From contig CDROCS010003621.1 in assembly GCA_977020255.1 (NCBI GenBank), positions 372,001 through 436,000 of the forward strand: DNA of 64,000 nt, in the 5' to 3' direction. Shown here piece after piece: positions 47,501 to 60,377 of the stretch (position 1 is the first letter of the stretch; every line of letters starts with the position of its first letter). A program made the position numbers and the translations under genes. Under the pieces are notes generated by a model. That model ran no database searches, had not been told where the DNA came from, and saw only the letters and a program-made list of their open reading frames with translations. Origin of the DNA: Obrimoposthia wandeli (lineage: Eukaryota).

Positions 47501-49030
47501 CAAGGTGGAGAATTACCATATTTTGTCGGTTAACAATATGGATCCGGCTGGCTCACAACATCAGATAGATTTGCTTTTCCTCTTTCGAAGAGTCTCGAGT
47601 GATTTATATCAAAATTAGGAAAGAACTACTTTTCCTCTATAGATAAAAAATTAATACCAACTTTTAAGAAGCATGTACTTAATGATTTTGATAATGTTCT
47701 ACATGATGCTGCTAAGTTAATTAGAAAAGTAAATCAAGTAAAACCAAGAAGGTAGAAGTTTTAAACGTAAACAGAAGCAAAATGTTGATAACAAACGTAA
47801 GAAAGTTAAAGAAACAATATTTGAAAAATGAGTTGCGCCAAAACTGAATTGTGTATTTTTGATAAACCTCTTCCGCAAGTAGTTGTAGATAATGCTTCCT
47901 TTGGAGGAATATTTTTAGTTAAATCAGTTTCAGAAACCACCTTAGCCGATTTAAAATTTAATATTAATAGTTCCAATAGTGATTATTTAGAATTGAAGGA
48001 TACTTTGCTTTATGTTCAACTAAATATAACAAATTGTAATGGTACTAATTTAAAGGAAAATGCCGATGTAACACTTGTTAATGATTTCTTTAAATAATTA
48101 TAAGATAAGAACACTTAATAATGTTAAAATTAAAAGTTGGAATTCTTCCTGTGCTCATAAAACTTTGATTGAAAATCTATTGAATTATAGTAGTGATATT
48201 CAAAATACTAATTTGGCAACAACTTAGCATAGATCCATAATTATTTTATAATATAATCTCCATCTATATTAATGAAAGCCTCAAAAAGTATAAAATATTT
48301 ATGTATAATTATCCAAATAAATCCTAAATGCCTTTGTTTATAATAATTGAAAATAAAAACGAGTAATAAAAATTTATTAATATGAAAATAATATACAATA
48401 TTCATTTTTCTCGTTAATGTTGCTGTATATTTTCATTTCTCCTATGAATATTAAAATAAATTATATAAATGTTGGGGTTTCTATATGAAACTGTGTTCTA
48501 ATATAGATCCTCTGTATGGACGGCCCCAACGTGAGTTCTATAGAAGCAGGACTTGTAGATGGTTGTGGCCTACTTAATGTTATGCTTGCCTGTCTCAATT
48601 CTTATCTGAAGGTTTGTTGTTTCTTAATCTGAAGGGTTAATAACAACGCTTGTAGTTGTAGGAAATCGTTTATTTCTAAGCACACTAAATTAACACGAAA
48701 ATTAACACGTCTAAGTACGTTCTGAAAAGACTTCTATAAGCCTCTACACAAGTGGGGATGAACCACGTATCGATTTTAAAGTTAGGGTTGGTTGATCGCT
48801 AGAGTCTTTACTCTAATTGTGGCACGGTTAAATTGATGGGTTTTCGGAGAGCTATTTGCTCTAAAATAGGGATTGAGTTTAGAGCTGGTTGCTCAAAATT
48901 ATGGTTAGTTTAGATTGATAGAATATAGAAAATGTACTGAGATAACTTAATTTGTTACTCTTCTTTTAAATTGGAATCAACTTTATACTTTGATCGAATA
49001 TCGAATTACAAAGGGAATACCTCAACTTTC

Positions 49031-49478
49031 AAATTTCTTTAGAATATTCTTTTATAATATCAACTTTACGAGCAATGAAAATATCAAATTTTACAAATAA
49101 TTCACTTCAAATTTCTTTAGAATATTCTTTTATAATATCAACTTTACGAGCAATTAAATATCGAATTTTACAAATAATTCACTTCAAATTTCTTTAGAAT
49201 ATTCTTTTATAATATCAACTTTACGAGCAATTAAATATCAAATTTTACAAATAATTCACTTCAAATTTCTTTAGAATATTCTTTTATAATATCAACTTTA
49301 CGAACAATTAAATATCGAATTTTACAAATAATTCACTTCAAATTTCTTTAGAATATTCTTTTATAATATCAACTTTACGAACAATTAAATATCGAATTTT
49401 ACAAATAATTCACTTCAAATTTCTTTAGAATATTCTTTTATAATATCGACTTTACGAGCAATTAATATCAAATTTTAC
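49031..49478. repeat. Tandem repeat, 77-bp unit, ~5.8 copies
   Basis: Units start AAATTTCTTTAGAATATTC at 49031, 49109, 49186, 49263, 49340 and 49417. Confidence 0.95.
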
Positions 49479-49694
49479 GATCAATTTTAACGACACTTCG
49501 CTCTCTGCTCTTACCGTCCTTCGTATAGATTGCGGGACTGACTCGATCCGGTTGCTGCTGGATATCCTTAATCCGATTACGCAGAGACACCTTGTGAGAG
49601 GAACTGCCCCGTGTCGTCCTTGTCCGATCCGATTGATTATCAGATAGCCTCGATCTGATTTCTTCTCGAATTCCGTCAAATTTGTCTCTCCGAT

Positions 49695-49794
49695 GTACTG
49701 AGGGAGCTGACTCTTGGATTGCGATTCTCAGAAGTACTGAGGGAGATGACTCTTGGATTGCGAAGTACTGAGGGAGCTGACTCTTGGATTGCGA
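49695..49794. repeat. Three copies of a 30-bp repeat
   Basis: GTACTGAGGGAG(C/A)TGACTCTTGGATTGCGA at 49695, 49734 and 49765. Confidence 0.9.
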
Positions 49795-52700
49795 TTCTGC
49801 ACGTCTGATTTTTAGAGGGCTCGTATCCAGCTGTGCTCTTACCTCGATTGACGATCGGCTTGGCGTCCGGTCTCGATCGCTAGTTGATGTGCTTCCCGAA
49901 TTTTTCTGAATATTGTGAGAGTCGTGCTCCGTTTTGGTGACGGTTAGTTTTCTGACGGTATTTTAATAAATTCCCTTTAAATATACTTTCTCACCTCTGC
50001 TAATGGACTGTCTCCTCTGCTAATGGACTGCCTCCTAAATCTGTAATGATTGCACTTAAAATTAAGTGCTCTTACTTAGTTGTTGACTTCTGTTGTTGGT
50101 TCGTTCTGGGGACTGGCTCGGTGACTGCAAATCGATTGCGCTAATGCACTTGTCTGAGTGCTTTGATTTTCTCGATTCAATTTATCTTCTTAATTGGCAT
50201 TCTTTCTTTCTTAATTCTTCTTTTAAATTTTCTTCTTAATTTACTCTTGTTTTTTCTTTATTTGACTTGTTTTTTGGGGGCCCTTTGCTTTAATTTTAAC
50301 TTCTTTATATACTACACATGCTTACACATGACCTTCGTGGTCCTAATATTTTCCCGCTAATTTTATTCTTATGAATTTACTTTTATAATTTTATTTTATT
50401 TTTAATTATAACCTTGCTTTCAAGGATTTTTATTTTAATATAAATTGATTAATTATTTAATATTATTTAAAACCTAATCTTAACATAAATGTAAACCTTA
50501 CCTAAGTATTTTGAAAGTTTTGTTGATACTTAGTATTGTTATTTCAAATATTTAAACAATAACAGTTTTTAAAAAATAATAGTTACAAATAAATGAACTC
50601 AAAATAAGCATATTTTTATAAAATTTATTTTTTACGGGAAGATTCTTGGTCCTGTCGAAGATGCAGGATCCCTTTTCTTTCAGATCGGTTGTTATTCTCC
50701 ATCGCCACTTTTTTTCATTCTGCCAGTTGACTATTCTCTATCTCAACCTTCTTATTCCCTCTTCTTTCAGCTTGTCGTCTGTCTTGTCGTCTGTCCCCAC
50801 CCTTTCATTCCTCTCCATCGCGACAGGACCGTATAAGTTATGATTTAAAATCTTCTTTACATTAATTCTGACATTCTCCTCTATATGCGATACGAGCTTC
50901 TTTATTTGCGTTATTTTCATTTTTAAATAAGGAATTGAAAAATAAAGTTGAACCTATTTATATAAATTTAGAAATAATTTTAATACACTTATATTCTATA
51001 AAAGGAATTAATTTGTTAAAAAGTAATTTTTATATCTCTAGTATACTTTAAGTAATCAATAAGTAATCACTTTACTAAAATTAGATTAAAAAACCTTATA
51101 AGTTAAAAGTATCCTTACGAAAATTTATTATAATTCAATAAGTAAAATTTAAAGATTTTAGATAAAAAACATATAAAAAACAACTAGTGGTGCAGCAATT
51201 GCCGTCCCGAGCGGCTTTGGTAGGATATACTGCAAAATTTTGGGAGGTACTGAAGCCAAAGTAGATGCCCTGACCGATGAATTTGGCGGGTTTGAGACTT
51301 TGTTTCTTGGTGCTCTCTTCCTTTTCTCCTCCTTCTCACGATGCAGTTGCCATGCCACTGCATCATGTTGTCGTTTGAAAATAGGATACACGGACGGCTG
51401 TGGGCGTGGAGTCTTCAGTTCTGCCACGAACTCGTACAACCCGGCATCAAGCCAAGCCCTCTTCAAATTCTGGATTTTTGAAACCACGGGTAGATGAGAT
51501 GTTTCAGCAGTTTCTCAAGCTCGAGCCAAGTTTTGACTTAGGGTAGATGGCTGCTAAATAACAGGTGGTGACGGAGTACAGTTCACCAGTAATGTCTCCT
51601 GTATGTGACACTGGCTGGGAAGAGGAGTTATTCCGATCAGAGAAACTGGTCACCTTTTTTTGTATCTTATTGTTCAAGGAGTTGTGTTCACAAAATGGCT
51701 AGTAGGACCCCAAAGCTAGTGTGGTGTGATGTAACGCAGAATGGATAGTTTTATAGCCGAGTTAGCTTTTATGTCGGAAGGATCTGGCAACACCAAGACC
51801 GAATATCGATTAAACAGAGCCGGGACCAATCGACGTAAACAATACTCCTCTGAATCTGTCAGCACGTGGAATATTGTCTTGTGGGTTGTCCCCCGGCTAA
51901 TCTATATGTTACTGGGCAAACGAATAACACAAAGAATTTAACTCGGAATGAATCTTATTTCGATTTCTCTAAAATAACTATATTTAACTTAGCACATTTT
52001 AAACTTCTTAAAATTAATACAGAATACACAATAGTTTTGACACTTTTCTATGCGTATATTTTTATACGCCTCCTGCTATAATCACACTTCAACTTATTCC
52101 CCATGCCTTTCTACCCGTCTATCTAACTCTTTAATTTAATATGTTATTGCCGACTAATTCAATAACGTCGTTTTACTCGAAATGTACTTAAAATTCAACG
52201 TATTTTACTTGAAATATACTTAAAATTCAAACGTCTTTTAGTTGAACTTTACTTAAATTTTCAATTCTTCTTTTATTCAAAATGTACTTAAAATTCAATT
52301 CTTCTTTACTCAACAATGTACCAAAAAATTAAATTCGTCTTTATTCAAAAATGTACTTTATGCAAATTGTGTTTTTTGCTCACCAGTTCAATTTAAATAT
52401 CTGCAGTTCCAAATTTACTAACTTGATTATCTGTAGTTCCGAATTTGCTAACTTGAATAACTGTAGTTCCAAATTTTCTGCAATTCTGATATTTTTCTGC
52501 AATAACTTAAAATTTATTTCTATTTATATATCAAATTTACTCACCTCTTACTTCTTGCGGCCTCTGAAGGTGGGAGATGGCGGCTGCACCTTGAAGCATT
52601 CATGTCTGAGTGCTTCTTCGCAAACAAGTCGATGCAGAGTTTTCCTGTCTGAGTGCTTTTTGGCGAACTAATGGAGTCTGAGTTCTTCTTCACGAACTAA

Positions 52701-55700
52701 TGTATTACTGTTCTTCCTACTTAATTAGTTTTCAACTTTCTTTCCGAAATCCACTCATCCTCCCCACTAGATTTATCTTCCTCGGCCCCTTCTCGCACTA
52801 TTCTACTCATTCCACACACATTTCCCTATGACTTCTTCAATGTATCATTTTTATTCGAAGTGTTTCAAACAGTAACTATTTGGAATTTCGCAGGATAACA
52901 ATAAAAGTGATACTAATCATTCTAAAGTATATAACCATAAAACAATAAAAGTTATAAAATATTTTTGTAAATATTCCATGAAGACCCAAGTTACATTCAT
53001 TCATAAGGACTTTGATGTATGTCATTCCCGTTAATATGATGGGAACATAATCTAAAGAGATACCTCCATTATCAACGAAACTTACTTGGGTAAAATAAAA
53101 ATCCTTAAGAAAGAAATATTTATATTCAATTTGTCTCAATAAATATTAGAAATCATTTTAGATTTTTCTAATTGTTGTAATTAATATATTCCTCAGTTGT
53201 TAGAATTTCTATGTTTCTTTCTCTTTTAAGCTTCGTCATAATGTCACTCTTTTTGAAACCTAGATTAAAGAAACCGGAAATATATACTGTATGATGATAT
53301 TGAAGCTCTGTTTAGTGATTTTTATAATAAATCTCTTTTCAAGTCACTTTGCTGATGTTTATATGTCTACAAAAAAAATTTACAGACTTGAATAGTTATG
53401 AATTATATAAAAAAGGGAAATATAATGGATGAAAATATATCTTATACTTTAGGGTGAAAGTGCTGTGCTATGTTATTGGATTTTCTTGTTTTATCTGGTT
53501 TTCCCTCGATCATATTATCAAAATTTCGTAACCAACCTGACATTGTACAAATCTTCGATTATCATTAACAGCACTTTGGAAAACTGCAAAACGTCCTTTA
53601 ACATTGATTAGTTTCGAGATTACATCAGAGGTGCTGGTCTAATGAATTAGAGTATGGGAATAGTTCAACCATAAAAGATATTAATATATTTGGGTTTTCT
53701 AGGAGATTTTCGTTTTGAAGTGACGTTTACTTTAGATGTAATGACTTAATTATCATGTTTATGTTTTCATTTCAACTGAATTTCATTTCCATTTACAATT
53801 TTCCTATTCAGGCCATGACCAAAATGAGAATCAACAAATTGTAATCATGAGACCTATCTCCGAGATTCAATACATACACATCACCGGCTTGTGTTGACGT
53901 TTCACTCATCAATTTGATGCACAGTCAATATTTAGGTTTGCCATGTCCTTATGAAAAAAACACGATGTGTTAAATTCCCTGACTCATTGAGGAGATTATT
54001 TCGCTTTCTTTTGAGCTTTAGTTGTACTTTAATTCATGTAGAAATTGGGGAAATGTGTTTCTCGAGAAACACAGAATTTCAAGTGATTGATGTTTCCATC
54101 AACGTAAAGGGAATCTGTATTCAAGCACCAAGAGCTCCGGAAACTGTGGGAAGGGGCAATTTCTCTATCAATATTGAAAAAAATATTTATATTATTTTAA
54201 GGGATTTTAATTTGGCCAACGCCAAAATTCTTTGACGTTGGAAATGAAAATTAAGTTATTATCATGAATAATGAAATGTCACGAGTGATTCGCAATATTC
54301 CAAAATATCAAAACAATTGGATTTATAAAGACCTACAATCAAATCATAATACATACTGTTTCAAACGATAAATTGCAGTGTTACCAAATGAGAAGTGTGC
54401 TTTTTTCAAAGAGTTGTGTCGTTTCAACACATGGCATAAATATATTTAGAGATATGGCAGAAATAAAATTATGAAAACGCTAGACGAAGTAAATAAAAGT
54501 TATCAAAATGGTTTGTATGAATGAGTAATTAGGGAGGAAAATATATATTGGGAAGCTGATAAATTATACCCCATCTCAAGAAAGGAAACTGACTGAAAGC
54601 GGAAAACATAAATTTGGTGAACGAATAATTATTGAGTTTAGTTTGGTAGATTAGAAATGTCATTTATTCTTATTTTTTTATTGAAAACATTTTTTAGTGA
54701 ATGCAAAATAACAAATAATCGTTCTAATATTTTTTAATAGTAATATTTATAGTCGTTGCATAATGACACATTAGGGACCTTATAACTAATTAAATAAATT
54801 GAAAAACTAAAATGCTGGAAATGTATTGTTAATTAACTCGTAAATGGGGATTAGATAAAATCAGATGACCTCTAAAGTTGTTACTCATAGAGTCACCTGA
54901 ATTAGAAGCAGCGTCAGTCGCCTAAAATTTCCGATTGGCGATTTAGGCAGCATGTCTAAATATGTTTTCGGATTGGCCAGTAAATTGAAACTGAGGACAA
55001 ATAAAAGAAGAATAACCGCAAGACTTGGACAGAACTGTTAAGAGGATAATAAAGTGTAGTATCGCAAATATTCTATAAATTAGAGTAGACAAAATATTGC
55101 CACATAACTGCAGCACGAATAACACAATTTTGAGAAATAATTCTGAGAGACAATTTACGGTCGAACACCACTAATGTATATCCAAACTATTTCCCTCAAT
55201 TTTGTTTAAATCATAACATTTACAACTCATAAAATAAATAAATTAAATAATTGTATAACGTTTAATATTTATTTGTTCATTGATAAATTATGAGGTTAGC
55301 CTGTATCGGACCTGATTTTTAATTGAAGGGTATAAAAATCATTGATCAATAACAGTTCGCTATTGTAATTTACACAAAGGCCTCACAAGTAGGACTAATT
55401 TATCCCTATCTTTTATGTCGCATAACATGTTTTATAGTTATGCAATTGATCATATTCACCTGTTGTTTATAACCAAATTTTGGTTAGGTATATTGACCAT
55501 ATTAACTTGTTATTTAAAATTACATATTGTCAAATCAATTTGTTCTCTTACTTCATATATATTGTTTTGTATGTCACATGTTTATCATTATTAATTTGTT
55601 TACTTAACCTATTGTGAATACATATTTTGGTAATTGTAAATAATTGTGAGACCTATAACCACGGACTAAAAGTGATAGAATAATATTTTAACAAACACAG

Positions 55701-57087
55701 CCATCAAGATAGAAAAAATGATAAATTTCATATAATTGAAACTAACCAGGATAGGCCTTCAACACAAGTCCTACAGCTTTATAAAACTAGACTTTCTTAA
55801 GAAGTGAACAACTCTAGTTTTAACATATGTATGCTTTAAAAGTTAGATAAGTAAAATATAGTTTTCTCTTTTCAACTTGTGTTTACAGCATTTGTGACTA
55901 CTCTCCTTCGGTCTTTTTATCACAAAATTTGGAAGATGTGCAATGATAAGTATGTCTTTTAGAACAAAGACATTACCCTCCTAGATGACTCATCGATGAC
56001 GTCATTGATGGTTCGTGTTCTATGTTTAGAGTAGGGAGATTGTTTTTTTCAGACAAATACATTACCACCACCACCTCTATATGCGTCATCGATGACTAAT
56101 GTTTTTCTATTTTTAGTAACATATTTGAAACTTATATAACTTCTTATCTAAAGGTCGGTTTGAATGTGGTCTACGCTAAATGATAGCCTTCATCTTCAAG
56201 GGTACTTCTATGCATGTATGGGAAACAAAGGACCTTACGTAATGCAGAAACCTGTATGTAAGTTGGAACTATTCATCATAAATTCTTAATTTAATTATTT
56301 AATTTAAATACATAAATTTCTTAATTATATTATTTAAATAAAAGTTATAAATAAAAGTTAAATATATTTTTATTAAGGTTATTATATATCACGTGTAATT
56401 TATTTAATGCGAAATTTTATTATATTATCAATTATTAAATAAAAGAACATTTCTTTTACTGTATCAATAAAATTAAATAAGCCACGAAGAGTATAAAAGA
56501 AAAAAAAAGAAGTTTCATTTCACTAAATCTAAAAATAGAAATCCAGTCTTTAATCGATGCTATCATAGCAGAACCTTTCGAAGTGAAAGATATCCCGGAG
56601 TTTGTGTGTTTTTGGACAGATGTGATGCCCATCATCCTAAAGGATCTCTTCTGGTAATAATCTACAAGACCACAACTTAGAAACACACTTGAAAAATACC
56701 CCAAAGTCCTCATTAGGACTACATATGAAAGATATGGGAGGGGGAAGGGTAAAACTGTAACTTTTTGTTGAGTTTATTTGAAAAAATATTTTCCTTAAAC
56801 ATTATATAGAAAATTATTTTTTAACTTTAGCTACTTATTATTAAAAGTAGTTGAAGTTTTAAACATGTAAATTAATTTTCATCTACTTTCAAAAATAAAT
56901 TTTATATACATTTCCAAATTTAATTAAAGATATATCTACTTAAAAATATAAGTATTTTATAATTACCAAAAGTAATTAGTAAATGATATAATACAGTCTT
57001 TCGAAAGTAGTGTATCATTCACTTAAAATGATTAAAAATACATGTTAAAAAGTGAAACACTTCAATATTTTGAAAGCAACTAGTAGA

Positions 57088-57154
57088 GCCAGAATGACAG
57101 AGTGGTTAATGCAACGATAGTGTCTCCATATTGTTTCGGATTCCACTTCTGGCA
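57088..57154 (+). pseudogene. tRNA-like fragment (pseudogene or SINE head)
   Basis: GCCAGAA/TTCTGGC 7-bp acceptor-like stem, A-box-like TGACAGAGTGG, B-box-like TTCGGATTC; no intact anticodon arm. Confidence 0.35.
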
Positions 57155-58189
57155 ACTTATTTTTTCTTATTAGAGGACAAAATAATATTAAAACTATATT
57201 TATTTGCGTTTGTGAATGAAATATCTTCTTTTTTAAAATAATTCATAACTAAATTAAAAATATTATTATTATCATCATTAATATTACTATTAAAATAATT
57301 ATTATTATTTCACTAATTAATTTTATTAATTAAATAATATTGTTAAAGATTAGAAATTGAGCTTTACATTAAGTTAAGTATTTATGTTAGATGATGAGAT
57401 TACCACCTGTCATAGTGTATGCAAATGTTTGATGATATTCCCATCTGTCTGATATTTCCATGTGTGTGTACATGTATTCCCTAGTAAAGTAACATTTACC
57501 TTATCTATGTTTACACAAACTGTTTAAATCTTATCAGCAGTTGTCAAATGTTTACATTGAAAAGTTAAGTGTTATATTTATGTTAAGCGACAGCTGCTAT
57601 TTAGATTAAATGAAAAAATAATTAATAGTATAATAATGATGATAAAATCTTTAAATTTAATTAATTTTACAAACATATAATCAAAATAAATGAACACAAT
57701 TTTATATTTAGATATATTCCTTAAATCACACAAGGAAAGGAGGGAAAGGTGGAGTCAGTTACATTTACAAACTTTCAGTAACTCAATTTCTATAATATCC
57801 GGATAAGAGTAGTGTCTATAAGCGACTGACCGGTCCTTCTCTACTCATTTCCGGTTTCTAACAAAACTGCTTAAGGCAATTTTACTCGTCTTCATCGTGT
57901 ACAATTGAAAATTAAATGAGCTTATGCAAGTCTGATGCCCACACTCACTTACTCCGCTTATGTACCTCGCAAGGAAATTACTGTATTTTAAATTAGTTTT
58001 TCGAATGCGAATCTTCTCCTATAGTCAACATACTATTATACTTAGGATTTCATAGCGGGAAATAAGTCAGTTTGAACATTTACGTTTCTACATTTTAGAA
58101 AACGGCGGTCTCTATCACCTGCAATGATTCTAATGTAGCAGTTAAATTGAAATCTGTACTTCTCTAACTGAGTGCATTCTCGCACAATA

Positions 58190-59760
58190 CAAATGTATTT
58201 TTACACTAACTAGTTTAAAGTATTTTTGGTGTTTTACTACCAGGTGGGTAATCCCTTCTTGGAGCTAAAGGCATATCATCTAAATAATCATGCAAAAAAG
58301 TCGACTTCAACTAAATGTGCAGATTGAAAACTGCTTATATCCTTATGTATAGTTCTGAAATTAAGTCCCCGAACTCTGTTCTATTAATCATCCGTGAAAA
58401 CTCTTATACTGATAGAAATTGGGACATAGCCCACCCATAGAAATTGTTTACGTCAATATACAATAAATTATCACCAATATCAGTTGACACGTGATTCTCC
58501 TTGACGAAAGTCATTCCGCCATGGATGCCCTCGTGAAACATCTGATATATCTCAGTAGGTTTTTGTGGTAAAGTAGAACTTGTGGTGGTTGCCTCGCTGA
58601 CCAGCAAAGATTTGAAGGCGTTCACAAACGTTAATTCTAAAATGATAAAATTATGAAATTAAATAAATTGAAAAAACTTAAAATTATTTACTAAATTGTT
58701 AAACTTTAAAAAAGGATTATTGAAAGTTTATTTATAGAATTGAATGTATGCTAAAATATTTTACCAAATTACATGAGAAGGGTCTAAAAAATAAATAAAT
58801 CAAACCAGGTATCGAGAAGAAGTTGAGGGTCTCCAGATAGTCTGAGATAGCCCACCGCCAGAAAGCCGTGAACAAAACTGCGAGCATGTACACATCGACT
58901 TTCAGGTAAACCAACATGTAGTCCCAGGGTGATGTACAATTGAGCTCGGTCCACACCTTTTCTGCAAGCTCGTACTTGTCATTGCTGATATCTTTGCTCC
59001 ATTTGGCAATTATGCTTGTGATTGCCAGAACGTACAGGAAGATTCGCTTTCCGGAGACGAGTTTGGGTGGAAAAACTGAATGGCTTAGAGACACAACACC
59101 GATATTGCCGACAGGTTTTTCAATGCTACTATCCAAAAACTGAAGTGAATCGATAAATTGAATACACACTCCATCTATGTGCGCGGGGATTGCATGGAAT
59201 TTCTCAGTTGATTGTTGAGAGTACGAATAAATCGTCTGAAAAAAAAGCATGTGGTCATGATCTCGAACCTTGTTGATACAGCGCTTATTACACAGGTAAC
59301 AAGTTATAGCAGCATAGTAACTGTTTTCTGAAACCGGTGTAAGTAGCTGTATTACTTTTATCTCATGCCGCTTGTACCAGGGCAACATAACAGTCTTGAC
59401 AAATATCTAGAGCTTGGACAGGAAATCCACAACACAGAATTCACCAGTGAAAAGTGAATAATCCTACGGGTATCTGGTAGCAAAAACAGGTGACATCAGC
59501 ATACCAGCGGCAATCGGGAGGTGGATTTGGTGCTGTATCCCTAGGGTGGGATAATAGCTTTGAAGTCACTATATACCACGAAGGGAGGAGAGATTGTCTT
59601 CGCGTAATCTGTAAATTCAATCACAGGTTCGCTCTACATCCTAAATAAAGTGATCTGAATCATACGACAATGAGAGATATGTTTCTCGTAACTGAGCACT
59701 CACTGAATTCAGTGCAGACATTTATGGGACCAAGGGATTGTATTCTGGGTGCAAACCATA
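58190..59760 (-). pseudogene. Degraded pPolB from a divergent Maverick lineage
   Basis: FTDYAKTISPPFVVYSDFK, CYLCNKR...VRDHDH, FIDSLQFL, GIHGGMTFV, LYIDVNNFYGWAMSQ and HLVEVD...LDDMPLAP align to the intact PolB. Confidence 0.88.
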
Positions 59761-60377
59761 TGTTACAGAAATTAAGCATTTTATTTAATTTCGGTACTGC
59801 CGTGTAGTGAAAGGTTTCATTTTCTTCGCTGAGAAGTAGATTTACGAGTCTGCCCTCGGGATTACAAATTCAGTATATCATACTTCATATATTTCATTCT
59901 CAAACTCCACTCTTATCCCGAATAGAACCTTACAGGTAGCAAATTCGACAACTACTGATCTTAATAAGTCAGTAAAGTGCTGAGGCACATCAAGCTCGAC
60001 AACATTATCGTTAGTTAAGTCTAATGATAATGCAACATATGAACCTCTAAAGCCTCTTCTTCATACTAACTGCAGATGGGGCAGGAGAATGCAATATAAT
60101 ATTGAACGAAGCAGATGATTGAGCGGGAACACTAGAATATGGCTGTGTCTTTGGTGGGAAGAAGATGCTGCTCTGGGGTGAAGCACAAGCTATGGCCTTC
60201 TTCCCTCGGAAGTAGGGAGATGTGGTGACTTCGACTCAAGGCAATAGCCCCCCTGATGCGCTACGCACATTAGGAAATACGAATGTAGCTCAAATTTCTC
60301 ACGAGTAGACATGATTTTTTAAAGTCAATGTCATTATGTAGGTCAAATTTCTCCTGAGTACACATGATATTTTGTTT

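Larger units (their letters stand above)
44610..51660. mobile_element. Scrambled, degraded Maverick copy or copies
   Basis: Remnants of integrase C-terminus and penton N-terminus (44610-45000), genes A/B (45580-46480), penton (46550-47457), core protein (47460-47820), MCP N-terminus (47828-48225), start of the DEDD gene (~48230-48310), coiled-coil gene (50640-50920) and SIM-gene (51170-51660). Confidence 0.88.

Noticed and set aside
49031-49478. Regular repeats as a CRISPR array
   Set aside because: Contiguous 77-bp units with no unique spacers, no cas genes, eukaryotic context.
52170-57700. Degenerate ~33-bp repeats (52175-52360), GC-richer patches (52550-52830, 53850-54240, 56540-56720) and AT-rich inverted repeats (57170-57700)
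   Set aside because: No recognisable protein motifs or clean termini; probably old transposon debris.
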